Source: Thainema sp. (GTDB taxonomy: Bacteria > Cyanobacteriota > Cyanobacteriia > Phormidesmidales > Phormidesmidaceae). Taken from it: DNA of 64,000 nt. The stretch lies in NCBI GenBank assembly GCA_052168235.1, contig JBQLZK010000001.1:1-64000 (forward strand), written 5' to 3'. Positions within the stretch are counted from its first letter, which is position 1. The number at the start of each line of letters is the position of its first letter. Below the pieces are notes generated by a model. That model did not search any database and was not told the origin of the DNA. It was given only the letters and a program-made list of their open reading frames with translations. This document shows, in pieces, positions 53,119 to 63,439 of this stretch. A program made the translations under genes and the position numbers.

Positions 53119-53183
53119 ATTAAAGCCCAGCAGGGGTGATTTTGCGCAATGCGGCTGCAAAATCACCCCTGCTGGGCTTTAAT
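53119..53183. repeat. 27-bp perfect inverted repeat
   Basis: attaaagcccagcaggggtgattttgc / gcaaaatcacccctgctgggctttaat with an 11-nt loop. Confidence 0.85.
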
Positions 53184-53216
53184 GCAAAGTGCAAAGATTA
53201 GCGGTACTGTTCAACG

Positions 53217-53681
53217 ATGAATCAACCCTGGCAAGATCCGTTTATTATTCACCACACGCAGCGATTGCTCTACAGTTTTCAGCACTGGACAGGTCGGCCA
53301 CTGTTGGACGTTCAGGGTTCACCGCTTGAACTAGCTGAGCAGGTCTTTCACGCTCATCTGGCAGTTTTGTCTCACGGGACAGAAGCAGATCCGATTTTTA
53401 ACTATGGCAACCAGTTGGCGCTGCAAATTTGGGAGTTGACTTGGGCTGAATTTATCCAGATGCCATCCCGTAAAACTGCTGAAGTTGTTAATCAGGAAAC
53501 GCGATCGCAACTTCTCTCGACTGCCCAAAAGCAAGGTTATACCCCCTACTCGGGTGTTCGCATCTCCAGCACGGGCCGCCGCTTTCATATTGATGATGGC
53601 ATTCTCTGGAACGTGATTGACCCACAGGGCAATCTGCATGGCCAGGCGGCGATTTTCTCGCGTTACGAATATTTGCCGTAG
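53217..53681 (+). CDS. MEKHLA domain (PAS-like) protein
   Basis: SFQHWTG, SHGTEADPIFNYGN, MPSRKTAE, YSGVRISSTGRRF, GQAA. Confidence 0.92.
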   Translation: MNQPWQDPFIIHHTQRLLYSFQHWTGRPLLDVQGSPLELAEQVFHAHLAVLSHGTEADPIFNYGNQLALQIWELTWAEFIQMPSRKTAEVVNQETRSQLLSTAQKQGYTPYSGVRISSTGRRFHIDDGILWNVIDPQGNLHGQAAIFSRYEYLP

Positions 53682-53944
53682 TAGTCTGTCAAAGTAGAAA
53701 TTCTTCTACCCCTCAAAACACACTGGACAAAGCAGTAGGAAGCGTTGCTTAATCTGGGCAAAAAGTGAACAGAAAAGTCTGAAGTGCGATCGCATCTGAA
53801 TCAAATTTGAATCGCATCTGATTTGCTGGACGATTTTGACTGGACGATTACGAACAAATTCCGGGCGAATTTAGCGTCTCCCCCAAACAGATGCCACAAT
53901 GACTTCTGTCCAGCGTTTTCTCTTACTCACGCTTCTGAGGTCAT

Positions 53945-56047
53945 ATGCCCGGCCCGGCCATTCACCAAAACGGTATTTTTGCCAGTCACGTCTTTACCCG
54001 TCCATCAGCAAATCAAACCCTCACCTGTCCCATTTTGATTGTCGGTGGCTCAACCGCAGCCTATTCAGCCGCACTGACCGGCTTGAAATATAGCCAACTA
54101 GAGATTTATCTGGTACAGCCCCGACATATTGTAGGTGGCCAATTCACGACTCAAGGTTTACCGGCTTCGGACGATGGCAGCTTGATTCAGCAGGCGGCAA
54201 CTGGCGAAACAGTGGTGGGAGAGCGCTTTGCCCTTTCCCAGTCGCAGCGACAGTTTCGGCAGCGCCAACGCCAGCTCCAACCGCTACAGGGCGAGGTTGT
54301 TAGCAATCCAGGTGGCGGCTGGGTGAGTCCACTCTGTACAACGCCAATCGTGGCGGCTACGGCCCTGAATGATGCGATCGCACCGTTTTTGAATCAAAAT
54401 CGGCTTAAGTTAGTGCCGCATGCTGTGCCAATTCAGGTGTTGAAGACCAATTCTGCTGTGCGAGATCGCATGACAGGCGTTGTCTTCCGCGATACTCAGC
54501 GCAACTATACCTTTACAATTAGCGCGACTGTAATTATTGAAGCCACAGACTTAGGCGATTTGTTGGAACTGGGCAATATTCCGTCCCACGTTGGACAAGA
54601 ATCGCGTCAGCAAACCAATGAGCAGATTCTGCCAATGGTGCCGCATCCAGAATGTCAGCAGTCTTTCACCTACGGTGTTGCAGTCGAACGAGTGGCCGGA
54701 CGCAGTCAGGTCATGCCTGCTCCCAACACCGACTATGGCCGTGATCCATTTACGACAACCTATTACAAAAAATCAGGTGGAGAATGGAAGCTGCTCGATT
54801 TCTATCATGACTTTGGCCCCTTTCGCTATCGGCGTATGCTGCGACAGCAACCAGCCGAGAAAAAGATTAGTGACGGAGATATTACGGTACTCAACTGGGG
54901 GGTCACTCATGATCCAGCAGGCAACTTGTACTGCGGCAATGACTATCGACCCGGTTATTTAGTTGGTGTTGATGCAGCCACTCGCCAGCGCTATTTGCGA
55001 GAAGGCTACAGTCGCGCCCGCGCCTATGTCCGCTATTTGCAAACGAACGGTTTGGCCGAACTGCAGCCCCGTGGCGACGTAATGTGGTCATCTGATGGAG
55101 TTGCCCTCGACCCGTATATTCGGGAAGCTCGCCGAGGACAGGCGCTGACCACGATTCGGCACGAAGATGTGGCAGAGGCATTTTTCCCAAATGCGGCCCG
55201 AGGCACCTGTTTTGATGACAGCGTTGGGATTGGTGACTATCACTACATTGATTTACACGGCAATGACGCGAGAGGGCATGTTGCGCCATTGGGTGCATTT
55301 TTATTGGCTAAGCCTTTTTCGCTGCCGTTAGGAGCTTTGGTTCCACGACAAACGGATGGCTTGATTCTGTCGTCTAAAAGTATTGGCACGACACATTTGA
55401 CCAATGCCGTTTATCGGCTGCATCCAATTGAATGGGCCATTGGCGAGGCCAGCGGGTTTCTGGCCGTGTTCACCATTTGGACAGGACTGCAGCCGCGTGA
55501 AATTGCTCAATCGAGGGCAATGGTGCGGAAGCTCCAGGGATTTTTGACCCGCAATGGCATACCGATTTTTTGGTTTGATGATGTGGCCCATGATGATCCA
55601 GATTTTGAGCCGATTCAGGTGCTGGCTACGGCGGAAATTGTGCGGAGTGAGCTGAATGGTGCGCTGCATTTTCGGCCAGAGGCCAGCGTCAATCGGGCTG
55701 TGGTTTGTGCAGCACTGGTGAATTTGTTAGATTTAGCCATCACCGTGCCGCAGCAGCCTACTTTTGTAGATGTGCCTAGAACACACTGGGCCTACGGGGT
55801 AATTGAAACACTGGCCGATAAAAACATTGTCAGCGGGGTTGATCCGGGACTGTTTGCGCCTGATCGACCCATGATTCGAGAGCATCTCTCGTTTCTCATC
55901 GCTCGCGTATTGGAGCGCACGAATTTGGTCGTGGCCTACGATGTGTTTCAGCGCACAGGGACGCCCAAAGATAGAGCCGTGCTGAAGCGGCGAGATCTAT
56001 CGCGGATTTTCTATGAGCTGCTGAAAGCGAAACTAGACATTACCTGA
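53945..56047 (+). CDS. FAD-dependent oxidoreductase with C-terminal SLH domain
   Basis: ILIVGGSTAA, IEATDLGD, PYIREARR, YRLHPIEWAIG, FVDVPRTHWA (SLH). Confidence 0.85.
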   Translation: MPGPAIHQNGIFASHVFTRPSANQTLTCPILIVGGSTAAYSAALTGLKYSQLEIYLVQPRHIVGGQFTTQGLPASDDGSLIQQAATGETVVGERFALSQSQRQFRQRQRQLQPLQGEVVSNPGGGWVSPLCTTPIVAATALNDAIAPFLNQNRLKLVPHAVPIQVLKTNSAVRDRMTGVVFRDTQRNYTFTISATVIIEATDLGDLLELGNIPSHVGQESRQQTNEQILPMVPHPECQQSFTYGVAVERVAGRSQVMPAPNTDYGRDPFTTTYYKKSGGEWKLLDFYHDFGPFRYRRMLRQQPAEKKISDGDITVLNWGVTHDPAGNLYCGNDYRPGYLVGVDAATRQRYLREGYSRARAYVRYLQTNGLAELQPRGDVMWSSDGVALDPYIREARRGQALTTIRHEDVAEAFFPNAARGTCFDDSVGIGDYHYIDLHGNDARGHVAPLGAFLLAKPFSLPLGALVPRQTDGLILSSKSIGTTHLTNAVYRLHPIEWAIGEASGFLAVFTIWTGLQPREIAQSRAMVRKLQGFLTRNGIPIFWFDDVAHDDPDFEPIQVLATAEIVRSELNGALHFRPEASVNRAVVCAALVNLLDLAITVPQQPTFVDVPRTHWAYGVIETLADKNIVSGVDPGLFAPDRPMIREHLSFLIARVLERTNLVVAYDVFQRTGTPKDRAVLKRRDLSRIFYELLKAKLDIT

Positions 56048-56241
56048 ATACCACTACCGTCCGTTTATCCAGCGGGCAAGGAAGTGACGCTTCAGAGTTG
56101 GGCTACCTAGATAGCTGGCAAACTGTTTTAAGGTGTTAGGGCTAACGGTTGCTGGAATTTCGCAGCTCAATACATCCGTGTAGATCTGCGATCGCAATGA
56201 CTGGCAACTCTCGCGACATCTATTCACAGAAGTAAAAATCC

Positions 56242-57681
56242 ATGTCTGCACCCCCTGTGTCTGCTGCAACAATTCCGGTTTCTCTGAATCTCACAACCAA
56301 GTTAGGCTACGGTGTGGGAGAGCTGAGCAAGGAAATCCCCAACAGCATCCTGGTCTTTTTCCTGCTGTTCTTTTTTACCGATGTGGTTGGCTTATCGCCA
56401 GGGTTAGCAGGCACGGTGCTGCTGGTTGGCAAAGTGTGGGACGCCATCAACGATCCGCTGATTGGTTGGCTTAGCGATCGCACTCGCTCCAAGTGGGGCC
56501 GCCGCTATCCCTGGATGATTTGGGGGGCAGTGCCCCTCGGCATTAGCTTTGGTATGCTGTGGCTGATGCCGCCACTCGCGACCCAGTGGCAGTTATTTCT
56601 GTACTACAGTGGCGTGCTGATTCTGTTTTATGCGGCGCTCACTGCCGTGGCGATTCCGCACTCCACGCTGGCGGCTGAGCTGACCCAAACCTACGATGAG
56701 CGGACACAACTGGTTAGCTTCAAATCCGCTTTTAGCATTGGTAGCAGCATCTTAGGACTGGTGATCGCCCAAATTATTTTCGCGACAGTTGCGGATGTCG
56801 GACAGCGCTATCTCTGGCTAGGAGTGATTTCGGGATTCATCGTGGTGATTTCCGTTTTTGGCTGCGTCTGGGCAACTCGCGATCGCTATTGGCAACTCCA
56901 GTCTACTCGCCCTGCTGTAGAAGCCACGTCTCATCTCCCTATCGGACAGCAGCTACGCATTGTATTTAGCTCACGCCCGTTTCTTTACGTGATGGGCGTC
57001 TACCTCTGCTCGTGGGTGGCGCTTCAGGCAACGGCAGCCATCTTGCAATATTTCGTGATCAACTGGATGGGCCTGCCCGCTCAGCATTTCACCCAAATGG
57101 TTTTGGCGGTGCAGGGAACAGCCTTGATGATGATATTTTTCTGGAGCCCAATCGGGCAGCGCATCGGCAAACGAGCCACCTACTGCTGGGGCATTCCGCT
57201 AACGGTAGCGGCTCAACTGGGTCTCTTTCTGCTGCAACCGGGACAAGTTGGCTGGATGTATGTCCTGGGCGTCCTCGCTGGATTTGGTCTATCAACTGCG
57301 TATTTGGTACCCTGGGCGATGCTGCCGGATGTGATTGATCTAGACGAATTGAACACGGGGCAGCGGCGAGAGGGCATCTTTTGTGGATTAATGGTGCAGT
57401 TACAGAAATTTGGCACAGCAATCTCGATTTTTCTAGTCGGCAAAACCCTAGAGTGGTCAGGCTATGTGACGCAAAAGAGTAGTGATGCGCTGGTCTTAAA
57501 TCAGCCCGATAGTGCGCTGGCTGCGATTCGCTGGCTGTTAGGCCCATTGCCTGCCGCTGTATTATTAACGGGCGTTGGCATTGCTGCACTCTATCCCATC
57601 ACTCGCGAAGTCCATCACGATATCCTCTTACAGCTACAGACCCGTCGCGAGCAGCAACATCAAGCATCTGCATCCGAATGA
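56242..57681 (+). CDS. GPH-family (MelB-like) MFS transporter
   Basis: WDAINDPLIGWLSDRTRSKWGRR, ELTQTYDERT, GQRREG. Confidence 0.92.
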   Translation: MSAPPVSAATIPVSLNLTTKLGYGVGELSKEIPNSILVFFLLFFFTDVVGLSPGLAGTVLLVGKVWDAINDPLIGWLSDRTRSKWGRRYPWMIWGAVPLGISFGMLWLMPPLATQWQLFLYYSGVLILFYAALTAVAIPHSTLAAELTQTYDERTQLVSFKSAFSIGSSILGLVIAQIIFATVADVGQRYLWLGVISGFIVVISVFGCVWATRDRYWQLQSTRPAVEATSHLPIGQQLRIVFSSRPFLYVMGVYLCSWVALQATAAILQYFVINWMGLPAQHFTQMVLAVQGTALMMIFFWSPIGQRIGKRATYCWGIPLTVAAQLGLFLLQPGQVGWMYVLGVLAGFGLSTAYLVPWAMLPDVIDLDELNTGQRREGIFCGLMVQLQKFGTAISIFLVGKTLEWSGYVTQKSSDALVLNQPDSALAAIRWLLGPLPAAVLLTGVGIAALYPITREVHHDILLQLQTRREQQHQASASE

Positions 57682-57688
57682 CATCAGC

Positions 57689-58084
57689 ATGACCACGCCA
57701 CTTTCGCTAACCGTCTTACCTGAGCAACTCGCTATTTGCCAGCTAGCGCCAACGGCGACCATTCCTAGCTGGGCGCGATCGCAGTTTTGCTCAATTACCT
57801 ATACCGCAACCGAACTCTCGGTTGTCTGTTCGGCAGCTCAAGTTCCAGCCAATCTGACCGACATGAAAGTAGAATCCGGCTGGCGTGCACTGCAGGTAAT
57901 AGGAACATTGGACTTTGGCTTAACAGGTATCTTAGCTGAGATCGCAACTCCCCTGGCCGCAGCAGAAATCAGTATTTTTGCCATTTCCACCTATGACACC
58001 GACTATGTACTGGTGAAACAGGAAACCTGCGATCGCGCTATTGAAGTATTAACTCAGCAGGGACATCAGATCTTATGGCCGTGA
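57689..58084 (+). CDS. ACT-domain (ACT_7/CASTOR-like) protein
   Basis: SITYTATELSVVC, GWRAL, LDFGLTGILA, ISTYDTDYVLV. Confidence 0.88.
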   Translation: MTTPLSLTVLPEQLAICQLAPTATIPSWARSQFCSITYTATELSVVCSAAQVPANLTDMKVESGWRALQVIGTLDFGLTGILAEIATPLAAAEISIFAISTYDTDYVLVKQETCDRAIEVLTQQGHQILWP

Positions 58085-58104
58085 CCATTTCTCAAGTGTT
58101 CAAC

Positions 58105-58203
58105 CTAGTGGTTTGTCAACGCTGTTTTGGTGGGTTTTGATGGTTAATATATCGTGTAAAGCGCGACATATTAACCATCAAAACTAATTTGACACAGCAC
58201 TAG
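58105..58203. mobile_element. 99-bp MITE-like element (CTAG ends)
   Basis: TIR ctagtggtttgtcaa / ttgacacagcactag (13/15); internal hairpin at 58134-58184. Confidence 0.65.
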
Positions 58204-58249
58204 AGGCTTATGGCTGTAAAACGTGAGAAGGAGTGAGAGTATGGGCGCT

Positions 58250-59122
58250 CTAGCTCCGCAACTCAATTTCCGATACTAGACCGTAAACAACGTCTGGTGA
58301 CTGTACGGGAGATTCGGGCGGTATTACCGAGGGCCAAATCGTTTGCAGTTCATCCAGATTTTGCATAATCACAGCATGATCTTCTGGGCGAGTTTGGCTC
58401 ATCTCGTCCGCAATGGTTTGATAAAGCTGATCAGCGTACTGAACAAATCCGCGAGAATCTTGATATTCAATTGCTTCCACAATTTGGTTATCTACAATGG
58501 CCGCTTCATATTCCTCGGCAGCCGTACGCAGCGTGTTGACAATCACATCCATGACAAATTCGGGTGACTGTCGCTGTTCCTCTGGAATAGCTGCGATCGC
58601 ACGATCGATACTGGCCATTGAGGCTTGAAATTCTTCTTTCATCTGCGGGTCAGTGGGAGCTGACTTAGCCAAATCATGTAGCTCAGTCAAATCGCTCTTG
58701 AACTGCGGCACATTGCGCTCCGTCAGTTGACCTTCGATGCCGCCATACAGCTCCTCAACCGGGTGTCCAATGTGGGGTTCTGCTTCTGCGTAGCTACCTT
58801 CGTTAATCAGTTCCTCTGCAACGGACAGATGACCTTTCATCAGAGCTAGCGAAGTCATGTAGTCAACGTCTGGATTACCGGAGGCGCTGCCTTCGCCGCC
58901 TTCGCCACCTTCACCACCTTCACCGCCTTCGCCGCCTTCAGAGGCGTGACCTTCACCCCCCTCATGGCCCTCGCCACCTGCTGAGGCAACATCGGTTGTC
59001 TGAGCTGAATCAGATGTCTCTCCAGCTTCGCCTCCTTCCGTTGAAGCACTACCACACGCACTGACTGTTGCCGCTAAACCAAGGGCAAGAAAGAGTTCAA
59101 CTGCTTTTAACTGTTTGGCCAT
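58250..59122 (-). CDS. Acidic lipoprotein with GGE/His repeats, putative metal-binding
   Basis: Lipobox VSAC; GGEGHEGGEGH...(GGE)n; HIGHPVEELY; EYQDSRGF. Confidence 0.75.
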   Translation of the reverse strand: MAKQLKAVELFLALGLAATVSACGSASTEGGEAGETSDSAQTTDVASAGGEGHEGGEGHASEGGEGGEGGEGGEGGEGSASGNPDVDYMTSLALMKGHLSVAEELINEGSYAEAEPHIGHPVEELYGGIEGQLTERNVPQFKSDLTELHDLAKSAPTDPQMKEEFQASMASIDRAIAAIPEEQRQSPEFVMDVIVNTLRTAAEEYEAAIVDNQIVEAIEYQDSRGFVQYADQLYQTIADEMSQTRPEDHAVIMQNLDELQTIWPSVIPPESPVQSPDVVYGLVSEIELRS

Positions 59123-59128
59123 GACACT

Positions 59129-59143
59129 TGAGAATCACTTTCA
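59129..59143. promoter_or_regulatory. Fur-box-like 7-1-7 palindrome
   Basis: TGAGAAT-C-ACTTTCA, 6 nt upstream of the lipoprotein start codon. Confidence 0.45.
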
Positions 59144-59209
59144 TTTAATGAGCTTGGTGACGAGCTTATGATTATTAGAAATAACTGTCAATAGATAACG
59201 CGAAAAAGT

Positions 59210-60229
59210 TTAGCTCGGTATGACATCAAAAAATCCCATACAGCCATGTTCTGCGATTTCATCCTGATGGGGATGGAACATGTATTTGCCAGGATATTTA
59301 TAGGAAAATTCGAGGATGTGGCGCTCAGCAGTGCCCATTGTGATCACGTCGGAGTCCATAGTAGGACTGAGAACGCGACCTGTGGGATAGATCTGGAACA
59401 TATTGGCGTGAATGTGAAAGGTGACGGCTGCATCAAACTCAATCATATTCAGCAGATACAGCCGAATTCTCTGATGCTGATAAATCGGAATTGCATGGTC
59501 GCGATAGTAGTTAGGAATACCGTTGAACGCGTACAGTTCATTGTGACCATCATTATTGATATCGAAACCGCCCATCACCAGCACCATCTCATCGGCAGGT
59601 GGGCGCTCCTGGGGCGGATCGACAATAAACAGGCCATACAGCCCCTTGCTGATGTGCCGCGTAACGGGGGCAATGTGACAATGATAGGGATGTACCCCGA
59701 ATGGCTCCGCATCAAACTCGTAGACTTTGGTATTGCCATGCCGCACCGGATCAACCCCGTCCATTTCGACGGGATGAGTGCCGTGAAAATGCATGCTATG
59801 CGAGTGGCCATCTTCATTGTGAAAGATAATGCGCACTCGTTCTCCCGCTTTCGCTCGCAGGGTTGGCCCTGGTACCCGACCATTGAGATTCCAGCTCACA
59901 AACGGGATGACGCTGTTAAGCTGAAGTTTTGAACTATTGGCCGTAACCTCAAACTCCCGCACGGTGCGACCTTGTTCATGCCGGATTGTGCCATGATCAA
60001 ACTCTCGCAGCACTGCCATTGGGTCAAAAGGGTTGTCAGCAGGAGCCGTGTAGTTCTCGGGTAAAGGGGGAATCCGTACGGGCTGAGTTGAATTGCCAGA
60101 GAGCCACTTGGATCGTACAGCCACAGAAGAAGCTGCCACCAACCCAATGCTCGCCGCGCCATAGCCCAAAAGTCGGCGGCGAGACCAGAGCAGTTTGCCT
60201 GATTTGGATTTGGGTAGTCGCTCAGTCAT
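59210..60229 (-). CDS. Two-domain multicopper oxidase (Tat signal)
   Basis: SRRRLL, HSMHFH, YHCH...H, FHIH, FHPH. Confidence 0.92.
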   Translation of the reverse strand: MTERLPKSKSGKLLWSRRRLLGYGAASIGLVAASSVAVRSKWLSGNSTQPVRIPPLPENYTAPADNPFDPMAVLREFDHGTIRHEQGRTVREFEVTANSSKLQLNSVIPFVSWNLNGRVPGPTLRAKAGERVRIIFHNEDGHSHSMHFHGTHPVEMDGVDPVRHGNTKVYEFDAEPFGVHPYHCHIAPVTRHISKGLYGLFIVDPPQERPPADEMVLVMGGFDINNDGHNELYAFNGIPNYYRDHAIPIYQHQRIRLYLLNMIEFDAAVTFHIHANMFQIYPTGRVLSPTMDSDVITMGTAERHILEFSYKYPGKYMFHPHQDEIAEHGCMGFFDVIPS

Positions 60230-60249
60230 AAAAGGAAGTGGCTTAGCTG

Positions 60250-60266
60250 TTGCAATTTATTCTTAA
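60250..60266. promoter_or_regulatory. Fur-box-like AT-rich palindrome
   Basis: TTGCAATTTATTCTTAA, 20 nt upstream of the oxidase start codon. Confidence 0.35.
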
Positions 60267-60393
60267 CTGATGCAGGCCACTACGCATCCTAGCATCACTT
60301 TTGCTGAAAAAGATGACTCATAAACTTATTCTGTTGGTTTAACACTGGTTTAATACAGGAGCCACATTGATTAGAAGGTTGAGAAGCCTTGAA

Positions 60394-60425
60394 AACGTTT
60401 AAACGTTCCAACGTTTAGACGTTGG
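60394..60425. repeat. Four 8-bp AACGTTnn units
   Basis: aacgttta aacgttcc aacgttta gacgttgg. Confidence 0.8.
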
Positions 60426-60592
60426 ATTTCTGTCAGTGGCTCAAGCAAAATGGGATGGCTTGGTGACGGTACAGATCGAAAAGTCTGGTTAAAACTGTGC
60501 GGATCAGCAGGGAAATGATTTGTAGTGAGCAGAAGATAGTCTATTTATTGGCGCTAGCTGCGTTAGATTTTATACCTGTTGAGGATTGAACG

Positions 60593-61519
60593 ATGAAACG
60601 TCTCCGCTGTTGTCCTGCATCGCTATTGACTGGTTCGTTGCTCTTGAAAAGCTTCATGCTGGGACTGGGGGTAGTGACAGTTGCGATCGCATCTCCAGTT
60701 TTAACCAATACCGCATTAGCGGATACAGAGATCGAGCTCGGTCATGAGTCTGAACCCTTCACTAATCGAGAGCTATCGGCTGGGCCAGTTTCCGTTTCAG
60801 TCAGCTATACACCTTTTGATGTAGATGCAGAAGACGCTTGGGATCAGGAGAATCTGACCTATCAGTTGTTTTACGAGGGCGAACCGCAGCTAACCAATTC
60901 TGAAATGGCGTTTGGCTATGGTCGGGTTTGGCTGGAGGATTTAAACAGCGATGGTACGGCGGAAGTGTTAGTGAGTACCTACAGTGGTGGTGCCCATTGC
61001 TGCACCAACTATTCAATTTATTCCTGGCAGGACGGTGAGTTTGTCACGGCGGAAACGGGATACTTGGATGGTGGTGGCGGGTCATTTGAAGACCTGGATG
61101 GTGACGGTTTAACCGAGTTTGTCACTGTGGACAATTCCTTCCTCTATCGGTTTAGTTCCTATGCCGGCTCATTTCCACCTTCGCTGATCTATACCTTTAA
61201 AGACGGTCAACTGGAAGAGACCACTGGCCAGTACGAGGAAGAGTTGCGATCGCATGCTTGGCAAATGTATCAAGCTGTTGAAGAAAATCCCGAATTTCCC
61301 AATGGGATTCTGGCGGGTTACGTAGCACAAAAGATTTTGCTGGGCGAATACCAAGAGGGCTGGGATTACATGCTGGCGCACTATAATCCTGATGATGATT
61401 GGGGTCTGACGATCAACATGGGCGGCGAAGAAGTGGGTCGCTACTACAGTTTTCCCTTAGCACTGAAGGCATTTTTGGTAGAGCAGGGCTACCTAAACGA
61501 AATGGGAGAACCCATTTAG
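60593..61519 (+). CDS. Secreted acidic protein with DxDxDG motifs
   Basis: Signal peptide ending ALA; DLNSDG, YSGGAHCC, DLDGDG. Confidence 0.8.
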   Translation: MKRLRCCPASLLTGSLLLKSFMLGLGVVTVAIASPVLTNTALADTEIELGHESEPFTNRELSAGPVSVSVSYTPFDVDAEDAWDQENLTYQLFYEGEPQLTNSEMAFGYGRVWLEDLNSDGTAEVLVSTYSGGAHCCTNYSIYSWQDGEFVTAETGYLDGGGGSFEDLDGDGLTEFVTVDNSFLYRFSSYAGSFPPSLIYTFKDGQLEETTGQYEEELRSHAWQMYQAVEENPEFPNGILAGYVAQKILLGEYQEGWDYMLAHYNPDDDWGLTINMGGEEVGRYYSFPLALKAFLVEQGYLNEMGEPI

Positions 61520-61522
61520 TAT

Positions 61523-61612
61523 TAGACTTTATCGGAAATTGTTTTGTAGGGCGGCGGAGCCACCCTACAAAACAATTTCCAACCCCGAAAACTTTATTTC
61601 CAATACAATCTA
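61523..61612. mobile_element. 90-bp MITE-like element, copy 2
   Basis: Colinear and gap-free with 18206-18295, with a few substitutions. Confidence 0.8.
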
Positions 61613-61828
61613 ATATTCAGTTTTACGGATTAGCGCTACGGATGAGGTCAGTGCTGAGTACTAATTTGTATCCGCGATCTGGATAATCAGCTACAGATCT
61701 GAGCTTAGAGCATGTTTGCTGTTGCATCGCGGCGGCAACATGCTGTGTTAAAACTTAGTTTTCAAATCTAGAAGTCAGTCGCGAAATCTCGTACTACAGT
61801 AGACAGTGTTGCGAACTCATCTTGCTCT

Positions 61829-62527
61829 ATGGCTCAACCCAAAGCCGTTATTTTGCTATCCGGCGGATTAGACTCGGCCACTGCGGCGGCCCAAGCGATC
61901 GCAGATGGTTATGAACCGATTGCCCTATCGTTACGTTATGGTCAGCGTCACGACCGAGAACTTCAGGCAGCCCAGCAAATCGCCCAGCACTTGGGCATTG
62001 CGGAACATCAAATTATTGATGTAAACCTAGCTCAGTGGGGCGGTTCCTCATTGACCGATCGTAATCAAGCCTTACCTCAAGAGGGGGTGAAGCCCAACGA
62101 AATTCCCTCGACTTACGTACCTGGGCGCAACACAGTTTTTATTGCGATCGCACTTTCTTTGGCAGAAGCTAGGGAAGCCGACGCTATTTATCTCGGCATT
62201 AATGCTGTGGATTACTCCGGCTATCCAGACTGTCGGCCTGATTACCTCAGCGCCTTTCAGCGATTGGCCGAGCTATCGTCAAAAGCAGGTTTAGAAGGGC
62301 ATGCCCCACAACTGATTGCGCCACTGGTGAGGGACAGCAAAGTCGATATTGTAAAACGAGCCGTGCAGCTCGGTGTGCCCGTGCCCGCAACCTGGTCGTG
62401 CTATCAAGGTGGAGAGGAACCCTGTGGGCGCTGCGACTCTTGCCGGATTCGCGATCGCGCTTTAATTGAAGCTGGCTATGAGCAGTGGGCCACACCCGCT
62501 GGGCGAGCGCTATACGCAACGGCCTAA
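61829..62527 (+). CDS. queC: 7-cyano-7-deazaguanine synthase
   Basis: [30 protein letters not shown]...CGRCDSC. Confidence 0.98.
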   Translation: MAQPKAVILLSGGLDSATAAAQAIADGYEPIALSLRYGQRHDRELQAAQQIAQHLGIAEHQIIDVNLAQWGGSSLTDRNQALPQEGVKPNEIPSTYVPGRNTVFIAIALSLAEAREADAIYLGINAVDYSGYPDCRPDYLSAFQRLAELSSKAGLEGHAPQLIAPLVRDSKVDIVKRAVQLGVPVPATWSCYQGGEEPCGRCDSCRIRDRALIEAGYEQWATPAGRALYATA

Positions 62528-62570
62528 GTCAACCATCTGACTACAGAAGTCACATTGCGCTAATAGAGAA

Positions 62571-62601
62571 AATAGGGAGCAGGCAAGGCCTGCTCCCTAT
62601 T
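62571..62601. terminator. Hairpin between convergent genes
   Basis: aatagggagcaggc-aag-gcctgctccctatt. Confidence 0.65.
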
Positions 62602-62632
62602 GCTTTAGCTGGAGTAATTCATCTAAGAATGT

Positions 62633-62965
62633 TTAGTTCGTAATGTTGCTTAAACCTTCTCTGACTTTCTCTTCAACCGTTGTCTCCTGCTGTGAGTTTT
62701 CAGGACGATTCATTCGGTTGGCATCAGCACTACCCTGTACCTCGTTAACACCTCTGCGTGCTTCGGTTTGCACTTTGTTGCGACCACGGGGTTCCTCTTG
62801 CAGAACCTGCTCAGACTTATTACGCACTTTGGGCAGCGAATCTGATCCCTCATGAGAGCTAGCAGCGGCTGGCAGCACATGAGAAAGCGTGAGCAAAACA
62901 CCAAAACAAACAGCGATTAAAACACGTGCGATCGCACGAAAAGACGACTTAAGTTGAATAGTCAT
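62633..62965 (-). CDS. Small exported hydrophilic stress-type protein
   Basis: Signal peptide ending PAAA; GVNEVQGSADANRMNRPEN. Confidence 0.7.
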   Translation of the reverse strand: MTIQLKSSFRAIARVLIAVCFGVLLTLSHVLPAAASSHEGSDSLPKVRNKSEQVLQEEPRGRNKVQTEARRGVNEVQGSADANRMNRPENSQQETTVEEKVREGLSNITN

Positions 62966-63019
62966 TCATGACCTCCAATAAATATTTAAATGTAAAACAA
63001 ATGATGATCTAACTACTAA

Positions 63020-63439
63020 TTAGTCAAAGAAATCTTTGACTTGAGATTTTGCTCGCTCAGCAGCTCGCTCGGTGCGATCCATGCTACGTTCAGCTTTGCC
63101 CTGTGTCCGATTAACGGCTCGTTCTGCTTTCCGCTCTGCTCTGTTTAGGTCGCGACGAATTTTTCCTTGTGGATCTTGGACAGCCTTTTCAAGTTGCCGC
63201 CGGGCCTCAGGGCTGGTTTTATCTTCGAACTCATCTTTAGCTCGCTCTCTGACAACATCAGAAGCGGCTGCAATTTGATAGGAGGGAGACTGATTAGAAA
63301 GTGCGATCGCAGGTTGGCTAAATGCGAATAAAAAGCTACTTCCACTTACAAAAACAGCCAGCATTACACCAAAACCAACCGCCGCTTTCAGCATTGATTT
63401 CAGCAATAAATGCCCTTTACTAATTAGAAAATTAGTCAT
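63020..63439 (-). CDS. Exported LEA/CsbD-like helical protein
   Basis: Signal peptide ending PAIA; 11-mer periodic QGKAERxxxRT repeats; ends KDFFD. Confidence 0.65.
   Translation of the reverse strand: MTNFLISKGHLLLKSMLKAAVGFGVMLAVFVSGSSFLFAFSQPAIALSNQSPSYQIAAASDVVRERAKDEFEDKTSPEARRQLEKAVQDPQGKIRRDLNRAERKAERAVNRTQGKAERSMDRTERAAERAKSQVKDFFD

Noticed and set aside
59246..59932. Long antisense ORFs (228 aa here; also 49632-50258, 39133-39654, 57089-57589)
   Set aside because: They are shadows of well-supported genes on the opposite strand and carry no recognisable motifs.
61620..61828. preQ1 riboswitch upstream of queC
   Set aside because: No recognisable preQ1 stem-loop with an A-rich tail.
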